DNA of 64,000 nucleotides from Methanothrix sp. (GTDB lineage Archaea; Halobacteriota; Methanosarcinia; Methanotrichales; Methanotrichaceae): NCBI GenBank assembly GCA_963682135.1, contig OY821645.1, positions 832,001 to 896,000 of the forward strand, read 5' to 3'. Shown piece by piece: positions 20,628 to 30,054 of this stretch (position 1 is its first letter; each line of letters starts with the position of its first letter). The notes under the pieces were generated by a model. It saw only the letters and a program-made list of their open reading frames with translations, ran no database searches and was not told where the DNA came from. The position numbers and the translations under genes were made by a program.

Positions 20628-21227
20628 ATGATCCTCTGTGTCCAAATTGAAAAGCTTGGTTTTCAACTGAGCAAATTAACCCAGCTCATGAATAAGTATC
20701 AGCGCGAAGAGCCCAGTTTTGCAGATGATACGCTTGAGTGGCTCGAAGAATCAGAAAAGGCGATGAGCATTCTGCGCCTGCCGGAGGGATCGGAGATATC
20801 TGTTCTTCGAGGCCGAATTATGAAGGCTGCACATATTTCGAACATTACGGAAGGGCACTCAACTCGAAAGGCCCAACGTCAAGCTCGTGATATTGCAGCT
20901 GCAGAGTCGCTGGAGCGTGCTGAGGCAATCATGCGCGGGCGTTTGCACTCTTCGGAAGAACGTCTCCGGTTCTTTGAGGAGAAACTCTGCGAAGGGATGA
21001 CTGCTTTAATGCTCCAAACACCTCTGCCGGAAAAGACGCTACCGAATATGGAACGATTGAAGCATGTTTGGGAGCTATTGAGGCAAGAAAAGTCCACACG
21101 CCCTCTCGCTCTCTATCTGGCGGCGTCACTTTCTCCATCAGATCGTAGTTTCATACTCTACAGAGTATTAAATCGGGTATATAACGAGGGGCTTGGACAA
21201 CTGCCTTCATCAGAGTCAATTCAATAG
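20628..21227 (+). CDS. Hypothetical all-alpha protein
   Basis: Starts 1 nt after the previous stop; 199 aa, helical. Confidence 0.75.
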   Translation: MILCVQIEKLGFQLSKLTQLMNKYQREEPSFADDTLEWLEESEKAMSILRLPEGSEISVLRGRIMKAAHISNITEGHSTRKAQRQARDIAAAESLERAEAIMRGRLHSSEERLRFFEEKLCEGMTALMLQTPLPEKTLPNMERLKHVWELLRQEKSTRPLALYLAASLSPSDRSFILYRVLNRVYNEGLGQLPSSESIQ

Positions 21228-21239
21228 GATAGTCAGATC

Positions 21240-21259
21240 TTTTTTGATTTTTGATTTTA
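21240..21259 (+). terminator. Archaeal oligo-T terminator after the DUF2589 cassette
   Basis: TTTTTTTGATTTTTGATTTT immediately downstream of the stop at 21227. Confidence 0.5.
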
Positions 21260-21361
21260 TCTGTTCATCAGTATTTTATAACTTAACAATAAAATTTAAA
21301 TCCTGAAAATAACTCAGTACTTAAAATAGGTACGTTGAAAAATTTATTTAGGGTGATATGA

Positions 21362-22219
21362 ATGTCATTTACACTGATCAAAGGAACCTTCCACGTGATT
21401 GGCTACAGCCCTGATGGCGATTCCATCCGGTTCAAGGCCAAAGACCCTGCTCTCTGGAAGAAACTCTCCGGCCCGGCAGTGGAGATGAATGCCCGCGGCC
21501 ATGTCCAACTGCGCATTGAAGCCGTCGATGCTCTGGAGACACACTACCAGGGCGTCTGCCAGCCTCTGCGGCCCGCGCGTGCAGCCACTCGCTTTCTCCT
21601 CACAGAGCTGGGAATCACCGATGTCGTCTGGGATGGACCACACAGTGCAGTGACCAAGGCCCAGGATGCAACTGTGGGGTACATCCTCGCTCGCTGCACA
21701 GAAGGCAGACGCCGCCCGGTAGCCTTCGTTTTTGCCGGTGAGACTGAGGAGAAAGATGGTGCAGAAATCAACCTTGATGACTCGCTCCTCAAAGAGAGCT
21801 ACAACTACCGGCTCCTCGCCCAGGGACTCGCCTATCCCATGTACTATAACGGCCTCTTCTCGGACCTGCGCCTGCCAATGACCAGAGCGGTAGCATCCGC
21901 CCGGACGGAAGGAAAGGGGCTGTGGCCCTATGACAGAACCACGCGGGGATTTTCGGCTTCCCGCCTGAAGAGCATTACCGAGGATGTGGCCATCCTGCCC
22001 AAGCTCTTCCGCCGAATTGTGAATTACATGGGCGAGGGCGGCAAGATTGAGGGCTTCAAAGAGCATCTGCAGAAAACCTGCGAGCCACTGGTACGGATCC
22101 AGCAGGTCCACTTCACAAGATTTGATGCCATCGTTGAGACGAAGGGCGAGAAGGTGAGGCTGGCCGAGGCTCCCGAGAATCTGATATTCATGGACAAGGT
22201 GCTCTGCAAGAAGAGCTGA
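21362..22219 (+). CDS. Thermonuclease (SNase)-family protein, no signal peptide
   Basis: SPDGDSIRF, LRIEAVDALE, LLAQGLAYP, ARTEGKGLW. Confidence 0.82.
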   Translation: MSFTLIKGTFHVIGYSPDGDSIRFKAKDPALWKKLSGPAVEMNARGHVQLRIEAVDALETHYQGVCQPLRPARAATRFLLTELGITDVVWDGPHSAVTKAQDATVGYILARCTEGRRRPVAFVFAGETEEKDGAEINLDDSLLKESYNYRLLAQGLAYPMYYNGLFSDLRLPMTRAVASARTEGKGLWPYDRTTRGFSASRLKSITEDVAILPKLFRRIVNYMGEGGKIEGFKEHLQKTCEPLVRIQQVHFTRFDAIVETKGEKVRLAEAPENLIFMDKVLCKKS

Positions 22220-22341
22220 CTTGCCACAATTATTATATTCATCCTCGAATCTGAGGCGGATGTTGCCTTTGCCAAGGCAAGAGAGCTAGGAGGACCCTTC
22301 TAAAGTTCAACTATTTATCCCAAGAAAGCATACATATTCTC

Positions 22342-22758
22342 ATGCCCATCCTTCGCGAAGATAAGGACCTGAGAGAGGCCCTGACAAGCTGCCGCACCAT
22401 CTGCGTGGTCGGCATCTCCCCTGATCCCTACAAGCCCAGCTACTTCGTCTCCGATGTCCTGCAAAGCCGCGGCTTCAAGCTCTATCTGGTCAATCCCAAT
22501 TATGCAGGCCGCACCATCCTGGGTGAGAAGGTCTACGCTTGCATGGAGGACGTTCCGGATGAGATAGACATTGTGGATGTGTTCCGAAGGCCCTCAGTGG
22601 TGCCGGCTCTGGCGGAAGAGGCCAAGCAGAAAGGCTTCAAGGTCTTCTGGATGCAGCCGGGAACAGAAAGCCCGGAAGCCATAAAGAAGCTTGATGAAGA
22701 AGGATACAAAGTAGTAGCAGGAAGATGCGCTAAGATTGAATCCAGCAGATTGCTGTGA
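22342..22758 (+). CDS. CoA-binding protein (YccU-like)
   Basis: VVGISPDPYKPS, VNP, IDIVDVFRRP, FWMQPG. Confidence 0.92.
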   Translation: MPILREDKDLREALTSCRTICVVGISPDPYKPSYFVSDVLQSRGFKLYLVNPNYAGRTILGEKVYACMEDVPDEIDIVDVFRRPSVVPALAEEAKQKGFKVFWMQPGTESPEAIKKLDEEGYKVVAGRCAKIESSRLL

Positions 22759-22767
22759 GTAATCTAA

Positions 22768-23382
22768 TCAAATTTTTATCACAAATCTATAATTCTCAGC
22801 CGACAGGACCTTGTTTAGTATTGTCTCCAGAGACCGACAGAGCTTCTCGCGGCGTTGTTGGTCATTGTTGATATCCGGCTGGTGGAAGATATAAACCAGG
22901 GCAGTACTGAGAAACTCAACCGTCTCTGTGGGATTTTCTATATGCAAGCGACCTTTTGCATTTCCTTTGACAACTAAGTCTGATAGAATGGGAACTATTC
23001 GCTCCACGGTTGCCTTTTCCAGCTTGGCATGCATTACAGCATTTATGTCTTGATGGAGAAAGTCAATGAAGTCATTGCGCTGGGATACGAACCCAAGAAT
23101 TCCATTAATAGCGGCGTTGAGCCTGATCGCCTCATCGACCCCATCATCTTCTGTGAGCCGGATGACATTCTGCTCCAAGACGGCAATGCTCTTCTCCACA
23201 ACCGCCGCCAATATATCCTCTTTGGAGCGGAAGTAGTAGTAGAGAGTTCCCTGAGCAATATTAAGCTCTTTAACAATGTCGCTGATTGCTGTATGCTCGT
23301 ATCCCCTCTCCATGAAGAGACGCTCAGCAGCATCGATCAATTCGCGTCTTCGCTCCTCCGGGTCTTTGCTAATTCGTTTCAT
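22768..23382 (-). CDS. TetR/AcrR-family transcriptional regulator
   Basis: RRELIDAAERLF..GY..T.ISDI...IAQGTLYYYFRSKEDI; true start MKRISKD at 23382. Confidence 0.92.
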   Translation of the reverse strand: MKRISKDPEERRRELIDAAERLFMERGYEHTAISDIVKELNIAQGTLYYYFRSKEDILAAVVEKSIAVLEQNVIRLTEDDGVDEAIRLNAAINGILGFVSQRNDFIDFLHQDINAVMHAKLEKATVERIVPILSDLVVKGNAKGRLHIENPTETVEFLSTALVYIFHQPDINNDQQRREKLCRSLETILNKVLSAENYRFVIKI

Positions 23383-23858
23383 ATCTCGCCTTCGGCTCTT
23401 GCAGGTACTACTAGAACCGGAATGCGGGCGTGGCGCACCACTTTCTCGGCTACGCTGCCCAGCAGGATTTTTGTAAGACCGCTCTTTCCGGTTGTGCCAA
23501 GCACAATCAGGTCGAAACCAGGATCGAGGCAAAACTTGAGCAGCACCTCACCCGGATCCCCTTCAGCAATCGCTCTTTCATAAGCCACCCCTGCATCACG
23601 GGCTTTATCCCCAATTTCCTCCAATGCCTCGCTGCCTTCCTTGAACATCAGTTCCATCAGATTGTCTTTAATTCCGGGCATCGCCGCATAGCCGGGAAGC
23701 TGAGCCAATCTATGCACATCCAAAACGTAAACTGCCATTACCATAGCTCCCGCACTCTTCCCGATGGAAATGGCATTCTCCGCAGCTTTCATGCTCGTCT
23801 CGGATCCATCTGTAGCGATCAAGATCTTTTTCAGCATATGGTCATTCATTCCCATCAC
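23379..23858 (-). CDS. Universal stress protein (UspA family)
   Basis: ILIATDGS, DLIVLGTTG...LLGSVAEKVVRHA..PVLVV. Confidence 0.94.
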   Translation of the reverse strand: MMGMNDHMLKKILIATDGSETSMKAAENAISIGKSAGAMVMAVYVLDVHRLAQLPGYAAMPGIKDNLMELMFKEGSEALEEIGDKARDAGVAYERAIAEGDPGEVLLKFCLDPGFDLIVLGTTGKSGLTKILLGSVAEKVVRHARIPVLVVPARAEGEI

Positions 23859-24865
23859 ATTATATCTGCCCTACTGGACTCCTTTGCCTGAATATTCGAT
23901 TTGAGCCCTTTTTTCTCTTTCTCATTGAGCAGGCAGCCGCAAGAGCCTTCCTTGGCCATGGCGCAATTGCAGGGCTCAATATGAATAGTGACTGTGGTCC
24001 CGGGATAATGCTGTTTAATTGAGCAAGTTATCATGTCGGCAATGCGATGTGATTCGTCCACAGACATCGATGCATCGACTCTGATGTGAAATTCCACGAA
24101 GCGACTGGCACCGGCTTTTCGCGTACGCAGGCGATGAAATCCCCGGATGGTTGGAGCAAAAGCCCTTATGTGCCTGCGCACATCGTCCACCTCTTCGGGA
24201 GGAAGGCCCACATCCACCAGGTCGCGGGCAGATTCAACCGTCAGATGATAGGCAGCTCTTATGATTAGCAGAGCGACTACAATCGCTGCCACCGGATCCA
24301 CCCATCGCAGATCAACACCCGGAAGAACGAGCCCTCCAACAAAAATGACGGCCAGGCCGCCGAAAACACCCAGCGAAGTGTACACATCTGTTCGCAGATG
24401 CCATGCATCCGCCATCAGTGCAATGGAATCCGTCTCTTTACCAACTTTAAAAAGATTCTTAGAAACTAAAATATTCGCCATGACGGAAATCAACATTACA
24501 GCAATGCCAAGCCAGGCGTCATTCATAGGTTCGGGATTTCTCAGCTTTTTCACGGCCTCAAAGATGATCCAGATTGCGGCAAGAAAAATAAGCAAAGCTT
24601 CAACCGTTCCGGAGACATTCTCAACCTTGCCGTGGCCAAAGGGATGATCCTCATCCGCCGGTTTGCCTGCTTTTCTCACGGCAAATAATGCAATGATGGC
24701 CGCGAGCAGGTCCACTCCCGAATGAATGGCCTCGGATATCACAGAGACCGATCCAATCAACGTTCCCACAACAAGTTTGAGAATCACAAGGCTGGTATTT
24801 GAGATTACGGAAAGAAGAGCCACGTTTGACTTTCGCCTATTTTTTTCTGCATCATTGATTTCCAT
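23855..24865 (-). CDS. Cation diffusion facilitator (FieF-like) transporter
   Basis: EAIHSGVD, HPFGHGKVE, DAWHLRTD, IHIEP; Cys-rich tail. Confidence 0.93.
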   Translation of the reverse strand: MEINDAEKNRRKSNVALLSVISNTSLVILKLVVGTLIGSVSVISEAIHSGVDLLAAIIALFAVRKAGKPADEDHPFGHGKVENVSGTVEALLIFLAAIWIIFEAVKKLRNPEPMNDAWLGIAVMLISVMANILVSKNLFKVGKETDSIALMADAWHLRTDVYTSLGVFGGLAVIFVGGLVLPGVDLRWVDPVAAIVVALLIIRAAYHLTVESARDLVDVGLPPEEVDDVRRHIRAFAPTIRGFHRLRTRKAGASRFVEFHIRVDASMSVDESHRIADMITCSIKQHYPGTTVTIHIEPCNCAMAKEGSCGCLLNEKEKKGLKSNIQAKESSRADIM

Positions 24866-24884
24866 ATTTCGTTTCCCTTGCGAT

Positions 24885-24903
24885 ATGACTGACCGTCAGT
24901 CAT
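24885..24903. promoter_or_regulatory. Perfect palindrome ATGACTGAC-C-GTCAGTCAT, probable TetR operator of the CDF-usp-tetR operon
   Basis: 9-bp perfect arms between the minus-strand TATA (TTATATA, 24912-24918) and the CDF start at 24865. Confidence 0.75.
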
Positions 24904-24978
24904 CGTATTAGTATATAACGGCTCTGCCATGATCCAGGGATCAGGAATCGGGACAAAAAATATGAATGAAGGCTCTAC

Positions 24979-25383
24979 TCAATTTCTTCGCCGCAATAAA
25001 CCAAATGCGGCTAGCGTGGCCAAAATGCCCAAAGCGGCCTCAAATCCCGGTTGCTGTTTAATCTGTTCGCTCACCTGCTTCTTCAGCTCCTCTGTTGCCT
25101 TCTGTTGGAGCTGTTCGGGAGTCAGGTTCTGACTTATCTGGGTGATTTTTGCGGTTGCCTGCGCGGTAAGATTATCTTTGGTGGCATTGAGATCCTGGGC
25201 AATATGCTCTTGGGTTAGATTTCCTTCGAGTACATGTTGAACAGCTTTCTCCTGGATCTGTTGTCCGGCAGCATTGAACTGTTCCTGGAGCGAACCGGCA
25301 GCAGCCTCAAGGGGATTTTGGGCAGCTGCACTTGAGATCATTGCGAAAATGCCGGCCAATAGAATCAAATGTAGAATCTTCAT
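24979..25383 (-). CDS. Secreted PGF-CTERM-anchored Gln/Ala-rich protein
   Basis: Signal peptide MKILHLILLAG..; C-terminal QPGFEAALGILATLAAFGLLRRRN. Confidence 0.85.
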   Translation of the reverse strand: MKILHLILLAGIFAMISSAAAQNPLEAAAGSLQEQFNAAGQQIQEKAVQHVLEGNLTQEHIAQDLNATKDNLTAQATAKITQISQNLTPEQLQQKATEELKKQVSEQIKQQPGFEAALGILATLAAFGLLRRRN

Positions 25384-25528
25384 GTATCTTATCACCAATT
25401 TTCCATCTTTTTTCAATACCCCCCGAATAACTATTGTTAACCTAAAAGGCTTTCGCTTCATATTCATTACTAATCAAAATATTCGCATTAGCAAAAGCTA
25501 AATAGCCAGGCCGGCAGTACCTCATTCG

Positions 25529-26398
25529 ATGTTCTCCGGCTGGGATGAATACAACCTCATTAACAAGCAACTCGCCGAACTGGTGAAAAGCCTGCCAGAT
25601 TCTCCCCTGGGGGAGATAATCAGCTATGTGCTATCCTCTCCAGGAAAAAGAGTTCGGCCCCTTATCCTGGTATTCTCCGCACAGGCAATGGGCGGCAGCG
25701 CTCCTTTGGCCCTGAACGCGGCTATGGCCATTGAGCTGGTTCATGCCGCTTCCCTGGTGCATGACGACATCCTAGACCAGGGGTTAGAGAGAAGAGGATC
25801 GCAAAGCGCATTGCAGCGTTTTGGCCCGCAAGCCTCTCTCCTGACAGGAGACTGGCTCATATCCCGATCTATAGAGTTGATGTCTCATTACAGCCAGCCG
25901 GTAATAAGCACCTTTGCCTCGGCCTGCATGGACATGTCGGAAGGGGAACTGATGGATTTATCTTACGCCTCTTCCCAGGATGAATACTTCCAATGCATCT
26001 CTAAGAAGACCGCTTCTCTCTTTTCCGCATCAGCCAAGATGGGCGGACTTATAGCCGGAGCCAGTGCGCAGGACGTGACCCGGTTGGAGAGTTATGGGAC
26101 CCACCTGGGTCTGAGCTATCAGGTACTTGATGATTTGGAGGAATTCCTGGGGCTGGATCAGGGAAAATCGTCCCAGAATATTTCGGTTACCCTTCCCATA
26201 ATCTACAGTAAGCAGTATCCGGATGATGCTGCAAGACAGATGTGCGTTAAGGTCATTGACGAGCACAGCAACCTCGCAAAAAAAGAACTTTCACTCTCAA
26301 CAGGACGCGATGTGATGTTATCTCGCCTGGAGAGCATCGTAGACGAGATGACGCACCGGGGACTAGAGAGATGCAGATTGCAAAAAAGCCTCTGCTGA
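25529..26398 (+). CDS. Polyprenyl diphosphate synthase, geranylfarnesyl-PP synthase type
   Basis: GKRVRP, ASLVHDDILDQG..RR, KKTASLF, YQVLDDLEEF (degenerate second DDxxD); closely resembles the Methanosarcina GFPP synthase as recalled. Confidence 0.85.
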   Translation: MFSGWDEYNLINKQLAELVKSLPDSPLGEIISYVLSSPGKRVRPLILVFSAQAMGGSAPLALNAAMAIELVHAASLVHDDILDQGLERRGSQSALQRFGPQASLLTGDWLISRSIELMSHYSQPVISTFASACMDMSEGELMDLSYASSQDEYFQCISKKTASLFSASAKMGGLIAGASAQDVTRLESYGTHLGLSYQVLDDLEEFLGLDQGKSSQNISVTLPIIYSKQYPDDAARQMCVKVIDEHSNLAKKELSLSTGRDVMLSRLESIVDEMTHRGLERCRLQKSLC

Positions 26399-27510
26399 GG
26401 GTCGAGGCCTTTCCAGAAGGAAGAGGCATCCGGCTGGCTGCCCGCGGGGCGTTGGCGCCTTTGGCCAGACCGGTCATGGACAGGATCAATAAGATCTTCA
26501 TTGATGAGAAGCCGATAAGCAGCGGTCCGGACAGGTTCATCTTCTCCACCTGGGTTCCGCCAGCGCCAAGTGTTGCATTCGATCGCATGCTCTCTGCCCA
26601 GGTGGCGGCTTTAACCCGCCGCTCAGTTCCCGATCAGTTTTCCATAGCTGTCATGAGAGCCTGCCCCAATGACTGCATTCATTGCAGTGCTCCCTCCCGC
26701 CAGGGAGAGATACTGGAAAGCAATGTTGTAAAAGATGCCATATCCCAGGCTCTGGATATGGGATCATATCTCATAACCTTTGACGGGGGCGAGCCCATGC
26801 TGAGAAAAGATCTGCCCGATCTGGTCTCCTCCGTGGATGAGCGGGCCATTGCCACCTCATTTACCAGCGGCTATCATCTCACAGCCGAAAGGGCGAAGCA
26901 GCTCAAGCAAGCCGGGCTTTATGCGGTGCGAATCAGCATCGATAGCCCCTTTGAAAAGGAGCATGACCGGGTGCGGGGACGCGCCGGTGCCTTTGGCGAT
27001 GCGCTCGATGGCGTTAAAAATGCGCTGGATGCGGGCCTGTTGGTGGACCTCTTCATGGTGACTTCCCCCCACAACATCGACCACCTGGAAGATGCTTTTT
27101 CGCTGGCCACGGATCTGGGGGTGCATGAGCTCTCCTTTTACGAGATTGTGGCTGTGGGCCGCTGGGCTTCGCACGAGGATGAGGTGCTGACAGACGATGA
27201 TGTCCTGCGCCTCGAAAGCTTCCACAAAGAGAAGAACCGGGGGCCAGGCCCCAGGGTCACAGCTCTGCCTTATCTCCTCGGGCCGGAGATGTTCGGATGC
27301 TTTGCCGGGCGAAGGTGGATTCACGTGGATGGAGCAGGCGAAGCCTTGCCCTGCGCTTACATGCCGCTCTCCTTCGGCAATATCAAAGAGAAGAGTCTGA
27401 AGGAGATTTGGAAGGAGATGACCCACTATCAATGGTTCCAGGGGCGGTGCTCCTGTCAGATGCGGGATCGGGAGTTTAGAGAGGCGCATCGCAGCATATT
27501 GGGAAAATAG
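26371..27510 (+). CDS. Radical SAM protein with SPASM/twitch-like C-terminus
   Basis: CPNDCIHC, FDGGEP, ISIDS, CFAG....GEALPC...CSC; overlaps the prenyltransferase gene by 28 nt. Confidence 0.9.
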   Translation: MQIAKKPLLRVEAFPEGRGIRLAARGALAPLARPVMDRINKIFIDEKPISSGPDRFIFSTWVPPAPSVAFDRMLSAQVAALTRRSVPDQFSIAVMRACPNDCIHCSAPSRQGEILESNVVKDAISQALDMGSYLITFDGGEPMLRKDLPDLVSSVDERAIATSFTSGYHLTAERAKQLKQAGLYAVRISIDSPFEKEHDRVRGRAGAFGDALDGVKNALDAGLLVDLFMVTSPHNIDHLEDAFSLATDLGVHELSFYEIVAVGRWASHEDEVLTDDDVLRLESFHKEKNRGPGPRVTALPYLLGPEMFGCFAGRRWIHVDGAGEALPCAYMPLSFGNIKEKSLKEIWKEMTHYQWFQGRCSCQMRDREFREAHRSILGK

Positions 27511-27637
27511 CTGCCTGCACGTCCGATGAAAATACCATCATTGAGTTCATATGTCAACGCTCTATTGCCATCAAGCGTTAGATTTATCCTTATTATTTTA
27601 CATTAAGTCTTCTTGGATTTCAGTGGAGGTTTGGTAA

Positions 27638-28177
27638 ATGTTCACTTTGAGAAAGATCATGTTAATGCTGGCTGCAATTGCCTGCATTATAGTTTGTGCC
27701 TATGCATCACCCACCCCGATAGTAATAGAGCCCGCCGGCATGGACCTGTCCCTGGGTGGAATGCAGATATCCGATCCGGAGCATACATCAGAATATCTGG
27801 CAAAGACGGGCGGCACGGCCCAGCCCGGGCTTCAGACCTATGGCCGCAATCTGGCAGGCAATTGGAGCTTACAGCTGAAAAACATGAAATCCATTCCCAT
27901 CGGCAACATTGAGCTGCGACTCCACCAATCGGAAGCGGCCCTCTTCGGCACGGGCGTCTTCAAACAGGGCTTAAACCAGCAGATAGCCACCGCCGAGGGC
28001 TCACTTCTGGAAGGGAACTCCATGATCCTCAATGTGGTATCCCTGGACAATGTCTTCCTCTACCGGATGACGCTGAACAGCGCTGACGGCAACAGCACGT
28101 CGGGAGCCTTCACCCTCTACCTGCCTACAGGCGAGGCGCCGGTGAAAGGAACTGTCTCCGGCGGCAGAAGCGATTGA
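27638..28177 (+). CDS. Secreted hypothetical beta-barrel-like protein
   Basis: GGAGG RBS, signal peptide, LAGNWSLQL strand motif. Confidence 0.7.
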   Translation: MFTLRKIMLMLAAIACIIVCAYASPTPIVIEPAGMDLSLGGMQISDPEHTSEYLAKTGGTAQPGLQTYGRNLAGNWSLQLKNMKSIPIGNIELRLHQSEAALFGTGVFKQGLNQQIATAEGSLLEGNSMILNVVSLDNVFLYRMTLNSADGNSTSGAFTLYLPTGEAPVKGTVSGGRSD

Positions 28178-28221
28178 CGAAGGATCAGCTGAGACGATAA
28201 TTTACAGAGAATGTTGCGAAA

Positions 28222-28992
28222 GTGCTTTTATATCCCACATTTTTTTTGTTTGACTTGTTTGCGAAGAACTTGAGTATTCTAAAATTGATGAAGAATGTTT
28301 ATATATTTGGGGCAACACCCGATCCAACAACCATGAACGCAGATAACGGTTGTTTCTCTGCTGGCGAGACTCGGCCAACAAGCTATTATGATGAACGTAT
28401 TCCCGCAAGGACTATTGATGTGAGTTCCAGGACAAATTTAGAATCAGTTTCTGAAAATACTGCGCTGAAGATTACACAGTTCAGCAAACTATTGATTTGC
28501 CTGGGAGATAACTCCAAGTTCAGGATGGTGGCAAGGCTTCAACCTGCGCCCGGGAAGCTGGTTGAGACTCTTAATCTGCAATTTGAAAAAGCGGTTTATT
28601 CTCGGAGAATGAATGCAGTTCTCATAAAGATCCAAAGCACGATTATAACCATCTATGCCTCCGGAATCGTCACTATGACCAGACTGGGTAATGCTGACCA
28701 AGCCAGGAATCTATTAAACGATGTGATCAGCCAGATCAATAAATCGTTTGAAGATGCAGATCTCAAATTACTTCGCTGTGAAGGCAAATCGAGAATGTGC
28801 CTTGATCCAATGGAGTTGACAGCCTACCTTCCTCGCACCAACTGTATGCAGTGCGGAGTGAAAAGCTGTTTTTACTTTTCCACCCTGCTTGCATACTCCG
28901 AGGTCACAATTGAAAAGTGCAAACCCTTACAGGAGAAGCGCTATTCGGCTAATAGAGAAGCTATCGAGAGTATAATAAGCTGTGGCCCCTGA
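28222..28992 (+). CDS. (Fe-S)-binding protein with C-terminal FeS domain
   Basis: ITIYASG..TM, LPRTNCMQCGVKSC...CKPL; start uncertain. Confidence 0.8.
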   Translation: MLLYPTFFLFDLFAKNLSILKLMKNVYIFGATPDPTTMNADNGCFSAGETRPTSYYDERIPARTIDVSSRTNLESVSENTALKITQFSKLLICLGDNSKFRMVARLQPAPGKLVETLNLQFEKAVYSRRMNAVLIKIQSTIITIYASGIVTMTRLGNADQARNLLNDVISQINKSFEDADLKLLRCEGKSRMCLDPMELTAYLPRTNCMQCGVKSCFYFSTLLAYSEVTIEKCKPLQEKRYSANREAIESIISCGP

Positions 28993-29003
28993 GGTGAGGT
29001 TAT

Positions 29004-29363
29004 TTGAAGACATTGACAATATTATTGACCGATGGCCCATATATCTCTGAATATGCAGAGATGGCCTACAAGATCGCCAACGCAGCCTTGATGGACTACA
29101 ATGTTAACATCTTCCTTTACATGGATGCTCTGCACATACCCAAGCTAGGGCAGCATCCTCAGCAATTCCCCAATGCAGGAAAGCTTTTCTTGAATCTGGC
29201 AGATAGGGGCGCAATAATCAGGGCGTGTCCGAGATGTGGAATGGCAAGAGGATATTGCCCCGAAAACACCAAAGATTATCCTGAGGCCATAAAAATAACC
29301 AGCCTTCACGATTTCCAGAAAATGATTGCTGAAAGCGACAGAGTAATCTCCATCACAAGATAG
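29004..29363 (+). CDS. DsrE/TusD-like sulfur relay protein
   Basis: LTDGPY, IFLYMDA, ACPRCGMARG. Confidence 0.85.
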   Translation: MKTLTILLTDGPYISEYAEMAYKIANAALMDYNVNIFLYMDALHIPKLGQHPQQFPNAGKLFLNLADRGAIIRACPRCGMARGYCPENTKDYPEAIKITSLHDFQKMIAESDRVISITR

Positions 29364-29375
29364 GAGCTTTTTATT

Positions 29376-29717
29376 ATGAAGTCGGTTATATATTTAATAG
29401 ATTCCGCGCCTTATGGCACAGAGAAGGCATATGGTGCGCTCCATGCCGCCATCGTAAGCCTGCCACATAGCGCAACCATAGGGTTATGGGGCGATGGCGC
29501 TTACTTGGCCTTGGCAAACCAGGATAGCAACTCCCTGGATGCCCCTAACCTCAGCCATTTCCTTTATGCCTATCCAGAGATAAGAATGATAGCCCATAAA
29601 CAATCATTGGAAGAGCGGAATCTTCTGGACAAGAATTTGGTAGAACTGGTGGAAATTTTAGATGGCGATAAGTTCTACCAAGAGATCAAGAACTTCGATT
29701 GCATGATGCTTCTTTGA
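29376..29717 (+). CDS. DsrF/TusC-like protein
   Basis: SAPYGTE, GDGAY, SLEERNL. Confidence 0.82.
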   Translation: MKSVIYLIDSAPYGTEKAYGALHAAIVSLPHSATIGLWGDGAYLALANQDSNSLDAPNLSHFLYAYPEIRMIAHKQSLEERNLLDKNLVELVEILDGDKFYQEIKNFDCMMLL

Positions 29718-29727
29718 GGCTAAACCA

Positions 29728-30018
29728 ATGGCAGATGTATTCGTATTAACCAAGGCACCGATAACCTCGAGATCACAGCTTTGTTTTAGATTAATGGAAA
29801 GCTCCCAGAATGCAAAGTTGTACCTCGTAGGCGATGGCGTATACCACTTGCTTAACATATCAGCTTTACCCAAAACAACTGAGGGGACTGTGGTCTGCAA
29901 AGAGGATGCCTTGGCCAGAGGTGTCCTCATAACGGATGAGATTGCAGTTCCGGATGATTTTTATGGGAAATTGATAAAGGATATGATGGAGAATTCGGAT
30001 AAAGTCTATGTATTCTAG
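29728..30018 (+). CDS. DsrH/TusB-like protein
   Basis: YLVGDGVY, KEDALARG. Confidence 0.82.
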   Translation: MADVFVLTKAPITSRSQLCFRLMESSQNAKLYLVGDGVYHLLNISALPKTTEGTVVCKEDALARGVLITDEIAVPDDFYGKLIKDMMENSDKVYVF

Positions 30019-30054
30019 CTCTGGCATTATGTCACCGATCCAGCATATTTGATT

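Noticed and set aside
26371-27510. Radical SAM protein as RaSEA (archaeosine pathway)
   Set aside because: It has SPASM-like architecture and is coupled to a prenyltransferase, 22 kb from arcS
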